Source: a bacterium
GTDB taxonomy: Bacteria > Verrucomicrobiota > Verrucomicrobiia > Chthoniobacterales > JAFAMB01
Direction of reading: 5' to 3'
Length of the DNA: 61,109 bases
Assembly: GCA_046727495.1 (NCBI GenBank)
Contig: JBKPCS010000029.1
Location: 1-61,109, forward strand
The notes beneath the pieces were generated by a model, which saw only the letters and a program-made list of their open reading frames with translations, was not told the origin of the DNA and made no database searches. Made by a program: the position numbers and the translations under genes. Below are positions 10,395 through 19,365 of the stretch, piece after piece (within the stretch, counting starts at the first letter, position 1; every line of letters begins with the position of its first letter).

Positions 10395-11498
10395 TCAGGT
10401 CTCGCGATCAAAATCGACGAAGATCCGGTCCGTCACCGGATAACTCTGGCACGTCAATATAAAGCCGCGATCAATTTCGTAATCTTCCAAAGCAAAATTC
10501 GCGTCCATCTCGACTTCGCCCTCGCGGAGATGGGCTCGGCAGGTCGAGCAAACTCCACCACGGCAACTGTATCGCATTTCAAGACCATGCCGTAGCCCAG
10601 CCTCGAGGATCGTTTCGCTCCCTTTCTTCATGCTGAACGCGTGTTCGATGCCGTCCATGATTAAAGTCACGTGACAGTCCGCCTCTTCAGTCAAAGCGGT
10701 GGCTCTGGAAGATGAGGTGGCGTTACCAAATAACTCTGTCTTGATTTGCGAATCCTTCAGCCCACGGGCTTTTAACGCATCCGACACCTCCAACATCATT
10801 TCGTAAGGCCCGCAGATAAACGCAGTATCGAACTTTGCGTTCGGCGCCCATCGGTCCAGCAGTTGGCTGCATCTCGCTTTCGTGATCCGGCCATTCAAGA
10901 GATCGATCTCTTGTTTTTCTCTGCTGAGCAGGTGGACCAGGCAGAACCGATCCAAGTAACGATCTTTGAGGTCAGCAAGTTCTTCCCGGAACATGACTGA
11001 ACCCGAAGCCCGATTCCCATAAAACAGAGTAAACCGGCTTTTCGGTTCGGTAAGCAAAGTCGTTTTGATGATCGAAAACAACGGCGTGATCCCGCTGCCA
11101 GCAGCAATCGCCAAGTATTGTTTTTCGTTCTCCGGATGCAGCGGAACATTGAATCGTCCTGCCGGAGGCATGACTTCGATGCGCGCACCACGTTTCAAGT
11201 GCTGATGCGCCCAGCTCGAAAAAAGTCCGCTCGGCGCCTTTTTGATGCCGATCCGCGGCCTGAGATCCTGGACTGCAGCGCAGATCGAGTACGAGCGCCG
11301 TACCTCACTACCATCGATCGTTGTGCGTAATGTGAGGTATTGGCCCTGTACAAAGCGGAAAGTCGCTTTGAGGTCGGAGGGTATATCGAACGTTACGACG
11401 AGTGACTCACGGGTGTCGTGGTGTGCGTCGTAAACCCCCAGCTCATAAAAGCGCGATTTCCCGGTCTGGGTGCTCTGAGGGGGTTCGGCGGCTTTCAT
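10395..11498 (-). CDS. paaE: Phenylacetyl-CoA epoxidase reductase subunit PaaE
   Basis: 367 aa with FNR-like FAD/NAD domains ('RRSYSICA', 'GSGITP') and a C-terminal plant-type 2Fe-2S motif 'CRGGVCSTCRAHLREGEVEM'. Confidence 0.85.
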   Translation of the reverse strand: MKAAEPPQSTQTGKSRFYELGVYDAHHDTRESLVVTFDIPSDLKATFRFVQGQYLTLRTTIDGSEVRRSYSICAAVQDLRPRIGIKKAPSGLFSSWAHQHLKRGARIEVMPPAGRFNVPLHPENEKQYLAIAAGSGITPLFSIIKTTLLTEPKSRFTLFYGNRASGSVMFREELADLKDRYLDRFCLVHLLSREKQEIDLLNGRITKARCSQLLDRWAPNAKFDTAFICGPYEMMLEVSDALKARGLKDSQIKTELFGNATSSSRATALTEEADCHVTLIMDGIEHAFSMKKGSETILEAGLRHGLEMRYSCRGGVCSTCRAHLREGEVEMDANFALEDYEIDRGFILTCQSYPVTDRIFVDFDRET

Positions 11499-11551
11499 GG
11501 GTGGGACCTATACGACCTATAGGACGTATATGATTTATGCGGGATGAGCGA

Positions 11552-12052
11552 CTAATGACATTTGAAGTAATCGAATGGTTCCCGGCAGCTGTCGCAAACG
11601 TAGATGGCTTTGCAAGGAGTCGAGCCGAACTGGCTCACCAGGCGCGTCGAAGGCGAGCCGCAATGAGGGCAGGCGATCGGGCCTGAAGATTTTGGGGTCG
11701 GTGGAGCAATTCCGTATTCTCGCAAACGTTCGCGTCCTTTTTCAGAAAGCCAGTCTGTAGTCCAGGCTGGAGATAGCTGGGTCTCAATTCTGAACCTGGC
11801 AATTCCTCGTTTTTGCAGAGTCGACTGAATCTCGCCGGTGATCGTTGCCATCGCAGGACACCCGGAATAGGTCGGCGTGATAGTAACGACCAGTTCGCAG
11901 CCGTCCCAGTAGACGTTGCGAACAATGCCGAGGTCGCAAATGGAAAGAACCGGGATCTCCGGATCCATGATCTCCTCTAGCCAGCTCCAGATAGAGTGTT
12001 CCGACTTCGCCAAGGCTTTGTCGGACAGGTTGGCGTTTGGCGTTGTCACCAT
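11552..12052 (-). CDS. paaD: Phenylacetyl-CoA epoxidase subunit PaaD
   Basis: 166 aa with 'IMDPEIPVLSICDLGIVRNV' (MIP18/DUF59-like) and a C-terminal Cys cluster 'CPHCGS...CDSCREPFDYFKCH'. Confidence 0.85.
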   Translation of the reverse strand: MVTTPNANLSDKALAKSEHSIWSWLEEIMDPEIPVLSICDLGIVRNVYWDGCELVVTITPTYSGCPAMATITGEIQSTLQKRGIARFRIETQLSPAWTTDWLSEKGRERLREYGIAPPTPKSSGPIACPHCGSPSTRLVSQFGSTPCKAIYVCDSCREPFDYFKCH

Positions 12053-12825
12053 TGGGCTCCGGGGTAGGCTCGTTGTAAGAATTGCATCTCAGCGAGGATG
12101 TATCCTAGGCGTTCACTATGGGTTCCGCGTTTGCCGCCCCGCTGCATCCAGCAGTCAGCTGGAACCTTCAGCGTCGCTTCTTCGAGCGTCTGTGACATCC
12201 GGTTCAACCATGGGTCGCGAAGCGCCCGAAGATCGCAGCCGATTTGTTGTTCCATCATCTCAATGTCGACTGCATCCATCTCGAACATTTCGCCCGTGAA
12301 CGGCCAGAGTGCGTTGATTGCTCGTTCCATCCGTGCGTGACTCTCTTCGGTTCCATCGCCTAGCCGGATTACCCAGGCAGAGCTCCGGTCCAGATGATAA
12401 CGGACCTCCTTCAGCGATTTTTCACTGATCTCGCGAACGCCCTGGTCGGAGGACGATTGCAAAGCCTGCAGAAGTAAGAAATGCCAGGCATCAAAATAGA
12501 ACTGCCGAGCGATGGTGTGCGCGTAATTGCCGTTCTCCTGTTCTACCAGCAGTAGGTTCCGAAAGTCGTGGGCATCACGTAGGAACGCGAGCTGGTCTGC
12601 GTCCCTGCCTTTGTCTTCGATTTTGCCGGCGTATTCGAGCCAGAGTTGGGCCTGACCTAGCAAATCGAGAGCGACATTAGTTTGCGCGAGATCCTCTTCG
12701 AGAACGGGGCCGTGGCCACACCACTCAGCCAGTCGCTGGCTTAGTATCAAATCGTTATCGCCAAGCCGCAGAACATATTCAAAAAACTGCGCACTATTCC
12801 GGCTCACACTCGCACTAGCACTCAC
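12046..12825 (-). CDS. paaC: Phenylacetyl-CoA epoxidase subunit PaaC
   Basis: 259 aa with 'LRLGDNDLILSQRLAEWCGHGPVLEEDLA', typical of PaaC. It has a GTG start, and its first eight codons (MSASASVS) are encoded by a CACTCG/CACTAG word array. Confidence 0.85.
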   Translation of the reverse strand: MSASASVSRNSAQFFEYVLRLGDNDLILSQRLAEWCGHGPVLEEDLAQTNVALDLLGQAQLWLEYAGKIEDKGRDADQLAFLRDAHDFRNLLLVEQENGNYAHTIARQFYFDAWHFLLLQALQSSSDQGVREISEKSLKEVRYHLDRSSAWVIRLGDGTEESHARMERAINALWPFTGEMFEMDAVDIEMMEQQIGCDLRALRDPWLNRMSQTLEEATLKVPADCWMQRGGKRGTHSERLGYILAEMQFLQRAYPGAQW

Positions 12826-12827
12826 AC

Positions 12828-13109
12828 TCAGAGATGTTTTACTTCATCTGGCACCGGGTAAAATGTCGGGTGCCGGTAGATTTTTCCTTTTGGTGATTCA
12901 AAGAGCGCGTCCTTTTGATCTGGCTCGCTCGCTGTGATTTCGCTGGAACGAACGACCCAAATACTGGTCCCTTCGTTGCGCCTGGTATAAACGTCGCGTG
13001 CGTTCCGGATTGCCATCTCAGCATCAGCTGCATGCAAGCTGCCGACGTGCTTGTGAGCCAGTCCATGCTGGCTGCGAATGAATACCTCCCAAAGCGGCCA
13101 GTCCTTCAT
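12828..13109 (-). CDS. paaB: Phenylacetyl-CoA epoxidase subunit PaaB
   Basis: 93 aa with '[41 protein letters not shown]', the conserved PaaB core. Confidence 0.9.
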   Translation of the reverse strand: MKDWPLWEVFIRSQHGLAHKHVGSLHAADAEMAIRNARDVYTRRNEGTSIWVVRSSEITASEPDQKDALFESPKGKIYRHPTFYPVPDEVKHL

Positions 13110-14146
13110 AACTGATTAACGCCGAGATCGCCGGGAACGCCGGGAACTGATTTTCCGATGCCGGCGGTCTCGGCGTTTCTCGTCTTCTCTGCGTAGGCAA
13201 GTGCTGCGTCCCGCACCCAGGCGCCTTCTTCGTGCGCTTTGATGCGAGCCTGCAGACGTTCGCGGTTACAGGGTCCGTTCCCTTTGATTACGTCGTAAAA
13301 TTCTGTCCAATCGATCTGGCCAAAATCATAGGATCCACGATCTGGGTTCCATTTGAGGTCGGGATCCGGGATTTTCAGTCCCAGATAGTCCGCCTGAGGC
13401 GCGGTTTGATCCACGAACCGTTGGCGTAGCTCGTCGTTTGTGAACAGTTTAATCCTCCACTGCTTCGATTGGGCCGTGTGCGGCGACTCGGCGTCAGGCG
13501 GACCAAACATCATCAGGGCAGGCCACCACCATCGATTCAACGCATCCTGTGCCATCGCTTTTTGCTGGGGCGTTCCCTTGACCAGCCGGCACAAGAGCTC
13601 GAACCCTTGCCGTTGATGAAAGCTTTCTTCTTTACAAATCCGCACCATCGCCCGCGCATAAGGTCCGTATGAACTCCGGCAGATCGGGATCTGGTTGATA
13701 ATAGCCGCGCCATCGACCAACCAGCCAATCGCGCCGATATCCGCCCAGGTCAGTGTCGGGTAATTGAAAATACTGGAGTACTTCGCTTTCCCGGAAAGAA
13801 GGTCGGCAATCAGCTGCTCTCGGGAAACACCGAGCGTCTCCGCCGCGCAATAAAGATAAAGTCCATGGCCAGCTTCGTCTTGAACTTTGGACAACAGGAT
13901 CATCTTACGTCGCAGAGTCGGCGCACGAGTAATCCAATTGGCTTCCGGAAGCTGGCCGACGATTTCTGAATGCGCGTGCTGCGATATCTGGCGGATCAGT
14001 GTCTTCCGGTATTTGTCCGGCATCCAGTCGTTAGGCTCGATCCTCGTTCCTGCGTCAACTCTCTCCTGAAAAACGCGTTCAGCCGGCTCGAGCTGGTTAA
14101 GAGAGCGAACCTTATTCACGCCGGTATCGACCATTTGCGCGTACAT
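13106..14146 (-). CDS. paaA: Phenylacetyl-CoA epoxidase catalytic subunit PaaA
   Basis: 346 aa, a di-iron ferritin-like oxygenase ('HAHSEIVG', '[11 protein letters not shown]', 'EESFHQRQG'). It is the first gene of the operon. Confidence 0.9.
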   Translation of the reverse strand: MYAQMVDTGVNKVRSLNQLEPAERVFQERVDAGTRIEPNDWMPDKYRKTLIRQISQHAHSEIVGQLPEANWITRAPTLRRKMILLSKVQDEAGHGLYLYCAAETLGVSREQLIADLLSGKAKYSSIFNYPTLTWADIGAIGWLVDGAAIINQIPICRSSYGPYARAMVRICKEESFHQRQGFELLCRLVKGTPQQKAMAQDALNRWWWPALMMFGPPDAESPHTAQSKQWRIKLFTNDELRQRFVDQTAPQADYLGLKIPDPDLKWNPDRGSYDFGQIDWTEFYDVIKGNGPCNRERLQARIKAHEEGAWVRDAALAYAEKTRNAETAGIGKSVPGVPGDLGVNQL

Positions 14147-14188
14147 ATATTTTGGAACGCCGTCATCGCCGACAACTGGGTCTGCGTC

Positions 14189-14241
14189 AATGATACAATC
14201 TGATACAGATTCCTTGGATTCAAAGAAAATTCCGTATCATT
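14189..14241. promoter_or_regulatory. Candidate operator upstream of paaA: three TGATAC boxes including the inverted pair aatgatac / gtatcatt
   Basis: aatgatacaatctgatacagattccttggattcaaagaaaattccgtatcatt lies 43-95 nt upstream of the paaA start. No regulator gene is adjacent. Confidence 0.25.
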
Positions 14242-14295
14242 TTGGCGACGCTTTCGCTGGATTGTGCCTGGCGACAGAGCGACACTCGGCTACTT

Positions 14296-14673
14296 ATGCC
14301 AACAGAGCGCTCCCTTCTGATTCTGGTTGCCGGCCCTTACCGATCGAATACCGGAGATGATCCGGACAAGATTGCGAACAATTTACGCGTGATGAACGAA
14401 GTAGCGGTTGAACTTTTTCGAGCCGGGCACATGCCAATCACTGGAGAAGCAATCGCTTTGCCATTGATTGAGACCGCTGGCTCTAAGCGAATCGGCGATG
14501 AAATCTTCGATGAGTTCTTCCATCCAATCGGCCATCGGTTGATCGAGCATGTTGACGCCGTGCTTCGCATCGGAGGACCGTCGAAAGGAGCGGATGAGAT
14601 GGTAGCCGCCGCCAACGCAGCCGGTAAGACGGTGTTCTTTTCAGCGAAAGAAGTCTTGAGTGCGGAGAGTTGA
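14296..14673 (+). CDS. Hypothetical protein, nucleoside 2-deoxyribosyltransferase-like fold (tentative)
   Basis: ATG at 14296. 'LLILVAGPYRSNTGDD...' and 'VLRIGGPSKGADEMVAAANAAGKTVFF' resemble the N-deoxyribosyltransferase-like Rossmannoid families. The function is not established. Confidence 0.4.
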   Translation: MPTERSLLILVAGPYRSNTGDDPDKIANNLRVMNEVAVELFRAGHMPITGEAIALPLIETAGSKRIGDEIFDEFFHPIGHRLIEHVDAVLRIGGPSKGADEMVAAANAAGKTVFFSAKEVLSAES

Positions 14674-14740
14674 TAGTCGTGTTAGGCGGCAGGGCCAGCC
14701 CGATATCGACATAGAAGCACGACGAAATCGTCCTGCGTAA

Positions 14741-14770
14741 CACACGCCGATACGCCGACACGCCGATACA
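14741..14770. repeat. AYACGCCG word array
   Basis: cacacgccgatacgccgacacgccgataca. The same word family recurs at 36317-36345. Confidence 0.7.
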
Positions 14771-14782
14771 AGCTTCAACCTG

Positions 14783-15214
14783 TCACTTACCGTGCCCCTT
14801 CTTCCGCAAGTGCCCAAAGCTCTCCTCCCAGTGCTTCGGAAGCCGGCAAATCTTTAGGTCCGGTAGCGTCACTACGGCCAGCATTTGGCGGCAAACAATC
14901 AACAGTTCACCGTCGCTGGGACGAGTAATGGTAAACGCACACCAGAACCGAGTCCGCTCGAAGCTTTCCAATTCCCCTCGCACAATCAACCTATCCCACA
15001 AACGCGCAGGCCGCCGGTAATCGATCTCGGTTCGAACAACAATTGGGCATTCCCCCGGATTAACCATGGTGCTAAGTGGCCAACCGAGATGCTCTGCGAG
15101 CAGTGACCGGTTGGTCTCGATAAAGCGCAGATAGGCAATGTTGTGCACCACGCCTCCGGCGTCAGTGTCGAAAAACATTACCCGTACTTCAGTCTCGAGG
15201 CTTGGAGAGGGCAT
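14783..15214 (-). CDS. Acyl-CoA thioesterase, YbgC/4HBT hotdog family
   Basis: 'VRVMFFDTDAGGVVHNIAYLRFIETNRSLL' carries the catalytic Asp context of YbgC-type thioesterases. The start was set at the ATG at 15214. Confidence 0.75.
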   Translation of the reverse strand: MPSPSLETEVRVMFFDTDAGGVVHNIAYLRFIETNRSLLAEHLGWPLSTMVNPGECPIVVRTEIDYRRPARLWDRLIVRGELESFERTRFWCAFTITRPSDGELLIVCRQMLAVVTLPDLKICRLPKHWEESFGHLRKKGHGK

Positions 15215-15353
15215 GTGGCGTTTTCGCGTCCGCCTCCGTCCCGCATCGGCGGGACTCCGGCGCGACAAGTTTTCGCGGTTTGCATTCTGGTGTTCTCGAC
15301 AACAAGACAAAAGGTTTGTCTACCCGAGTCAACTAGGTTTTCCTTGGAATAGC

Positions 15354-16265
15354 GTGAAGATTGGCTGTGTCATTCCTTCCTATAATCATGCGAAGTACGT
15401 CGGAGAAGCGATCCAATCCGTTCTCAACCAGACATTGCCGCCGGACCGGGTGATCGTGATCGACGACGGATCAACCGATGGGTCAATTGATCTGCTTCGC
15501 TCGATTAAGAATCAGAAGGTTTATCTCTACGAGCAGGCGAACGCCGGCGCCCACGTTGCTCTGAACCGGGGGCTTCAGCATTGTAAGGATTGCGACTTCA
15601 TCAGCATCTTGAATTCGGATGATCGGTATCATCCTGAGCGATTCGCGCGATGTGTCGGTTACCTCGAAAAGAATGCTGCTGCCAAACTGGTCTGCACACG
15701 TCTTCGTCTAATCGACCAGAACGGAAAACCAGTTGGTCAGCTCGATGGCCGGCAACGGCGGATCAATCGGATCTGGGCGAATTTGAGTACAACCCAGGAC
15801 CCAATTGGGTCGATGGGGCTCGGCAACTTCACCAAAACGACGAGCAATTTCTTTTTCCGGGCCGGAACCATTACGGAATTTCGGCCGTATCGGTATGTTC
15901 ATGATTATTTTGCGGCGCTGTTGGTCGCTTTCCGTGGCGGGTTGGGCATGATCCACGAGGACCTGATTGACTATCGCGTGCACGTGGCGAATACGATCAA
16001 AGCCGAAGGCAAAGGCCCGGTGGTGGAAGAAGTGGTGCAGATGCATCTCGATTTACTTGCTGCGCTCCGTGCCGACCTGGAAACCAGTCCCTTGCTTCGG
16101 AAACAGGTGCTGGCCTATCTCAAAATCGCGTTCCAAAACTACACAGATATGCGGGCCGAGTTATTTGTGTTGGGAATAGCTCGAGCGCTCGCCGGCGATA
16201 GCAAAACGGCCGAGCCTTTCAGATGCTTTCCGGAAGTGAACGAGCCCTCAACACCGCCGCCCTGA
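15354..16265 (+). CDS. Family 2 glycosyltransferase
   Basis: 'IGCVIPSYNHAKYVGEAIQSVLNQTLPPDRVIVIDDGSTDGS' and a 'NSDD' acceptor-loop motif. The start was set to GTG 15354, because the longer ORF would overlap the divergent thioesterase. Confidence 0.75.
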   Translation: MKIGCVIPSYNHAKYVGEAIQSVLNQTLPPDRVIVIDDGSTDGSIDLLRSIKNQKVYLYEQANAGAHVALNRGLQHCKDCDFISILNSDDRYHPERFARCVGYLEKNAAAKLVCTRLRLIDQNGKPVGQLDGRQRRINRIWANLSTTQDPIGSMGLGNFTKTTSNFFFRAGTITEFRPYRYVHDYFAALLVAFRGGLGMIHEDLIDYRVHVANTIKAEGKGPVVEEVVQMHLDLLAALRADLETSPLLRKQVLAYLKIAFQNYTDMRAELFVLGIARALAGDSKTAEPFRCFPEVNEPSTPPP

Positions 16266-16270
16266 GATAA

Positions 16271-16430
16271 CGCCGTCAATGCCATCAACGCCGACAGTGC
16301 CAACAATGAACGAACGCAGCTTTTCTGCACGATGTCGGCGATGTTGGCATTGTCGGCGATGTTGGCATTGTTGGCGATGTCGGCGTTTTCATTGTCGGCG
16401 GTGTTGGCATTGATGGCATTGATGGCATTG
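16271..16430. repeat. Tandem ATTGTCGGCG/ATGTTGGC array with an inverted left arm
   Basis: About ten degenerate 8-10-nt units lie at 16331-16430. The left arm cgccgtcaatgccatcaacgccgacagtgccaacaatgaa (16271-16310) is an imperfect reverse complement of ttcattgtcggcggtgttggcattgatggcattgatggc (16389-16427). Confidence 0.8.
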
Positions 16431-16436
16431 TGTTGA

Positions 16437-18551
16437 ATGACCTCCGGACGCCCGGCTAACCGGCTCATTCACGAGAAATCGCCGTATCTGCTTCAGCATG
16501 CCTATAATCCGGTGGATTGGTATCCGTGGGGTAAAGAGGCGTTTCAAAAAGCCCAGGCAGAGAATAAGCCCATCTTTTTGTCAGTAGGTTATTCCACCTG
16601 TCATTGGTGCCATGTCATGGAACGGGAATCGTTCGAAAATCCGGCGGTCGCTGACCTGTTGAACCGGTACTACGTCAGTATCAAGGTCGACCGGGAAGAG
16701 CGCCCGGACGTGGATCGCGTGTACATGACGTTTGTGCAAAGCACAACGGGTGCTGGCGGCTGGCCAATGAGCGTCTTTTTGACGCCCGATCTCAAACCGT
16801 TCCTCGGAGGAACGTATTATCCGCCCGAGGACCGGTACGGCCGGCCGGGGTTCTCAACCCTGCTGACCCGGTTAGCCGATATTTGGCGCGAGACCCCCGG
16901 CAAAATCCTCGATCAAGGAAGCCACCTGACCGAGGTAATCCGCTCATATCTCAATGAGGCGCGACCGGCTGAATCCAGCCCGCTGAAAACAGAGTGGATG
17001 GATAAGGCTTTCGGACAGATCGCGGCCAGTTTCGATCCTGATGAAGGCGGATTTACCTCAGCGCCAAAGTTTCCGCGTCCAGCGGTTTTTTCATTCCTGC
17101 TTCGCTACGGAAGGCGTAGCAAGAAATCGCAGGCGTTCGATATGGTCGCGTTCACCCTGCGTAAGATGGCCGGAGGCGGCATCTACGATCATCTTGGAGG
17201 CGGGTTTCACCGCTATTCGGTCGACGAACGATGGCATGTGCCGCACTTCGAAAAGATGCTTTATGACCAGGCTCAATTGGCGATCGCGTATACCGAGCTA
17301 TTTCAGTTGACTGGAGATAAGGAGTTTGCGCAAGTCGTCCATGAAACACTGGATTACGTCCTGCGCGATCTCGCCTCGCCGAAGGGTGGTTTCTATTCGG
17401 CAGAAGATGCCGACAGCCTGCCTGAACCGGATGCGGTAGAGAAAAAGGAAGGCGCTTTCTACGTTTGGACGCAAGAGACCATCGATCGCGTTCTAACGCC
17501 GGACGAATCTCTCGTTTTTCGCCGAATGTACGGCGTGGAACCACACGGCAACGCCGCACCGGCCAGCGATCCTCACGGCGAGCTGGCCGGCCAGAATGTG
17601 CTTCTGAAGCAGAATGATTTGTCGCTGGTAGCTCACCTGACCGGAAAAAGCGAAGAGGAAGTCGCGGGCTTGATCTCGAGCGCGAAACAGAAGCTGAAGG
17701 CTGTTCGAGATCGGCGACCGCGGCCGCATCTTGACGACAAGATCGTAACTGCCTGGAACGGTCTGATGATCTCTGCCCTAGCAAAAGCGTCCCAGGCGTT
17801 TTCGGAAACGCGTTATCTTGAGGCCGCTAAACGTGCTGCCGATTTCTTACTGAAGAATTTGTATCCGCAGCGCTTACTACGCAGCTTCCGCGATGCGCCG
17901 AGCGCCGTGTACGCGTTTGCCGAAGACTACGCGTTCCTGATCCAAGGGTTGCTCGATCTGTATGAGTCAGATTTCGATGTTCGATGGCTAAAGTCAGCCG
18001 GCGAACTGCAGGTCCAGATGAACGCTCTGTTCTCGGATCCGAAAGGCGGCTATTTCAATACTGAAGAAGGAGCACACGACATTCTGTTTCGGATGAGAGA
18101 CGATCACGATGGAGCGGAGCCATCAGCGAACTCGGTTGCTGCACTGAACCTGACGAGGCTGGCGTGGATTTTAGGGGCAAAGGAATTCCAGCACGCGGCC
18201 GCCCGCTTGATCGGGTCGTTCCATACAACTCTGCAGGCAGCGCCGGCAGCGCTTCCGCAAATGCTCGCAGCAACGGATGCCGCGATCAGCGAACCAGTTC
18301 AGATCGTGATCGCCGGCGATCAGGTTAACGCAGAGCAGATGCTCCGCATCGTTGGACAATCGTATCTGCCAAATAAAGTCCTGTTGCTGGCTGACAGCGG
18401 TGACAACCAGAGCTTCCTCGCCCAGCATGTTCTTGAGATGGCGCACATGAAACCAATCGACGGCAAGCCGACTGCCTACGTTTGCCGTAACTTTGTTTGC
18501 GATCTGCCGGTAACAGACCCGGATGCGCTGCGCGAGAAACTAGGCCTCTAA
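16437..18551 (+). CDS. Thioredoxin-domain protein, YyaL/DUF255 (SSP411-like) family
   Basis: 704 aa, '[55 protein letters not shown]', followed by an (alpha/alpha)6 barrel-like C-terminus. Confidence 0.85.
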   Translation: MTSGRPANRLIHEKSPYLLQHAYNPVDWYPWGKEAFQKAQAENKPIFLSVGYSTCHWCHVMERESFENPAVADLLNRYYVSIKVDREERPDVDRVYMTFVQSTTGAGGWPMSVFLTPDLKPFLGGTYYPPEDRYGRPGFSTLLTRLADIWRETPGKILDQGSHLTEVIRSYLNEARPAESSPLKTEWMDKAFGQIAASFDPDEGGFTSAPKFPRPAVFSFLLRYGRRSKKSQAFDMVAFTLRKMAGGGIYDHLGGGFHRYSVDERWHVPHFEKMLYDQAQLAIAYTELFQLTGDKEFAQVVHETLDYVLRDLASPKGGFYSAEDADSLPEPDAVEKKEGAFYVWTQETIDRVLTPDESLVFRRMYGVEPHGNAAPASDPHGELAGQNVLLKQNDLSLVAHLTGKSEEEVAGLISSAKQKLKAVRDRRPRPHLDDKIVTAWNGLMISALAKASQAFSETRYLEAAKRAADFLLKNLYPQRLLRSFRDAPSAVYAFAEDYAFLIQGLLDLYESDFDVRWLKSAGELQVQMNALFSDPKGGYFNTEEGAHDILFRMRDDHDGAEPSANSVAALNLTRLAWILGAKEFQHAAARLIGSFHTTLQAAPAALPQMLAATDAAISEPVQIVIAGDQVNAEQMLRIVGQSYLPNKVLLLADSGDNQSFLAQHVLEMAHMKPIDGKPTAYVCRNFVCDLPVTDPDALREKLGL

Positions 18552-18654
18552 ATTGGATGGACGGAAGCTCGAATCTCGAAGCTAGAATCTCGAAGACAAT
18601 GGCCCACGTGGCATTCTGTTTCGCGGTAGCCGGACCGACGTCGATCGAGAACGA

Positions 18655-18700
18655 CTCCTAGCTCCTGGCTCCTGACTCCTGGCTCCCGACTCCCGCCTCC
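18655..18700. repeat. CTCCTRR heptamer array (copy 1)
   Basis: ctcctagctcctggctcctgactcctggctcccgactcccgcctcc. A near-identical array in the same orientation lies at 19322-19365. Confidence 0.8.
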
Positions 18701-18800
18701 TTTTTTCTGAAACTTCGGTACCTGGTTTCCTCTGTAATGGACGGCGGACCAAAAGTTGGCCGCAAACATCAACTCCAACCGGAACCTCTGAAGGGCTACC

Positions 18801-19076
18801 ATGAATACCGCAACAGCAATCAATAAATGGGTTATCCCATTTCCCGAGCAAAAGGCAGAAGTCCGAACCCATTCCAGGAAGAACGACGAGACGGCGACCG
18901 ATGAATCGCTTTGGAAGATCTGCCAGGACACATCCAGAGCAAAGCGTCGTGAATCAGTCTTTTACGCATTTTTCCTTCTGTTTGCGGTGGTGAGCTCGGC
19001 TTCGGCATTTGCCACCCTTCTGGATACGCTGAGCGCAGGGTCCGTAATCTACTTCGTTGAGTATGCGTTGCGATAA
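18801..19076 (+). CDS. Small single-pass membrane protein (hypothetical), paralog 1
   Basis: 91 aa with a hydrophilic N-terminus and C-terminal 'ESVFYAFFLLFAVVSSASAFATLLDTLSAGSVIYFVEYALR'. It has the only in-frame ATG, and a paralog follows immediately. Confidence 0.45.
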   Translation: MNTATAINKWVIPFPEQKAEVRTHSRKNDETATDESLWKICQDTSRAKRRESVFYAFFLLFAVVSSASAFATLLDTLSAGSVIYFVEYALR

Positions 19077-19215
19077 TCGGGCTCAACCGGAATCGAGCTT
19101 CTACGCGTTTATCCTACTCCTTGCCGTAGTAAGCGCTTTTTCGGCCTTCGCTACGCTGCTTGACATGTTGAATTCCGGTACGCTGGACTATTTCGTCGAA
19201 CATGCCATCCGATAA
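19063..19215 (+). CDS. Small single-pass membrane protein (hypothetical), paralog 2; below the ORF-track length cut-off
   Basis: My own translation gives MRCDNRAQPESSFYAFILLLAVVSAFSAFATLLDMLNSGTLDYFVEHAIR*. The ATG overlaps the end of paralog 1 by 14 nt. Roughly 60% of residues match the C-terminal 45 aa of paralog 1. Confidence 0.4.
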   Translation: MRCDNRAQPESSFYAFILLLAVVSAFSAFATLLDMLNSGTLDYFVEHAIR

Positions 19216-19321
19216 CACCGGTTCCGCAGCAAAATGAAACTCTGGGTCGCAAGGCGTACCGCTGCCCGCTAACCTCGCGCTTCAGTCGAGGACGAGGACG
19301 AGAACGAGTTCGAGGCCCCTT

Positions 19322-19365
19322 CTAGCTCCTAGCTCCTGACTCCTGGCTCCTGACTCCCGCCCCCT
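19322..19365. repeat. CTCCTRR heptamer array (copy 2), preceded by a GAGGAC/GAGTTC word array
   Basis: ctagctcctagctcctgactcctggctcctgactcccgccccc. The upstream gaggacgaggacgagaacgagttcgagg (19289-19316) resembles the gagtacgag(ttcgag)gacga strings at 55 and 669. Confidence 0.8.

Noticed and set aside
16139-16468. 109-aa minus-strand ORF with a 'NADIANNANIADNANIADI' repeat
   Set aside because: It is a direct translation of the ATTGTCGGCG/ATGTTGGC tandem array. It has no independent coding signal and overlaps the 3' end of the GT2 gene and the 5' end of the YyaL-type gene.
18548-18931. 127-aa minus-strand ORF across the yyaL-alr island
   Set aside because: It runs through the TCGAARC and CTCCTRR arrays and is antisense to the better-supported small membrane-protein ORF. 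It has no motif.
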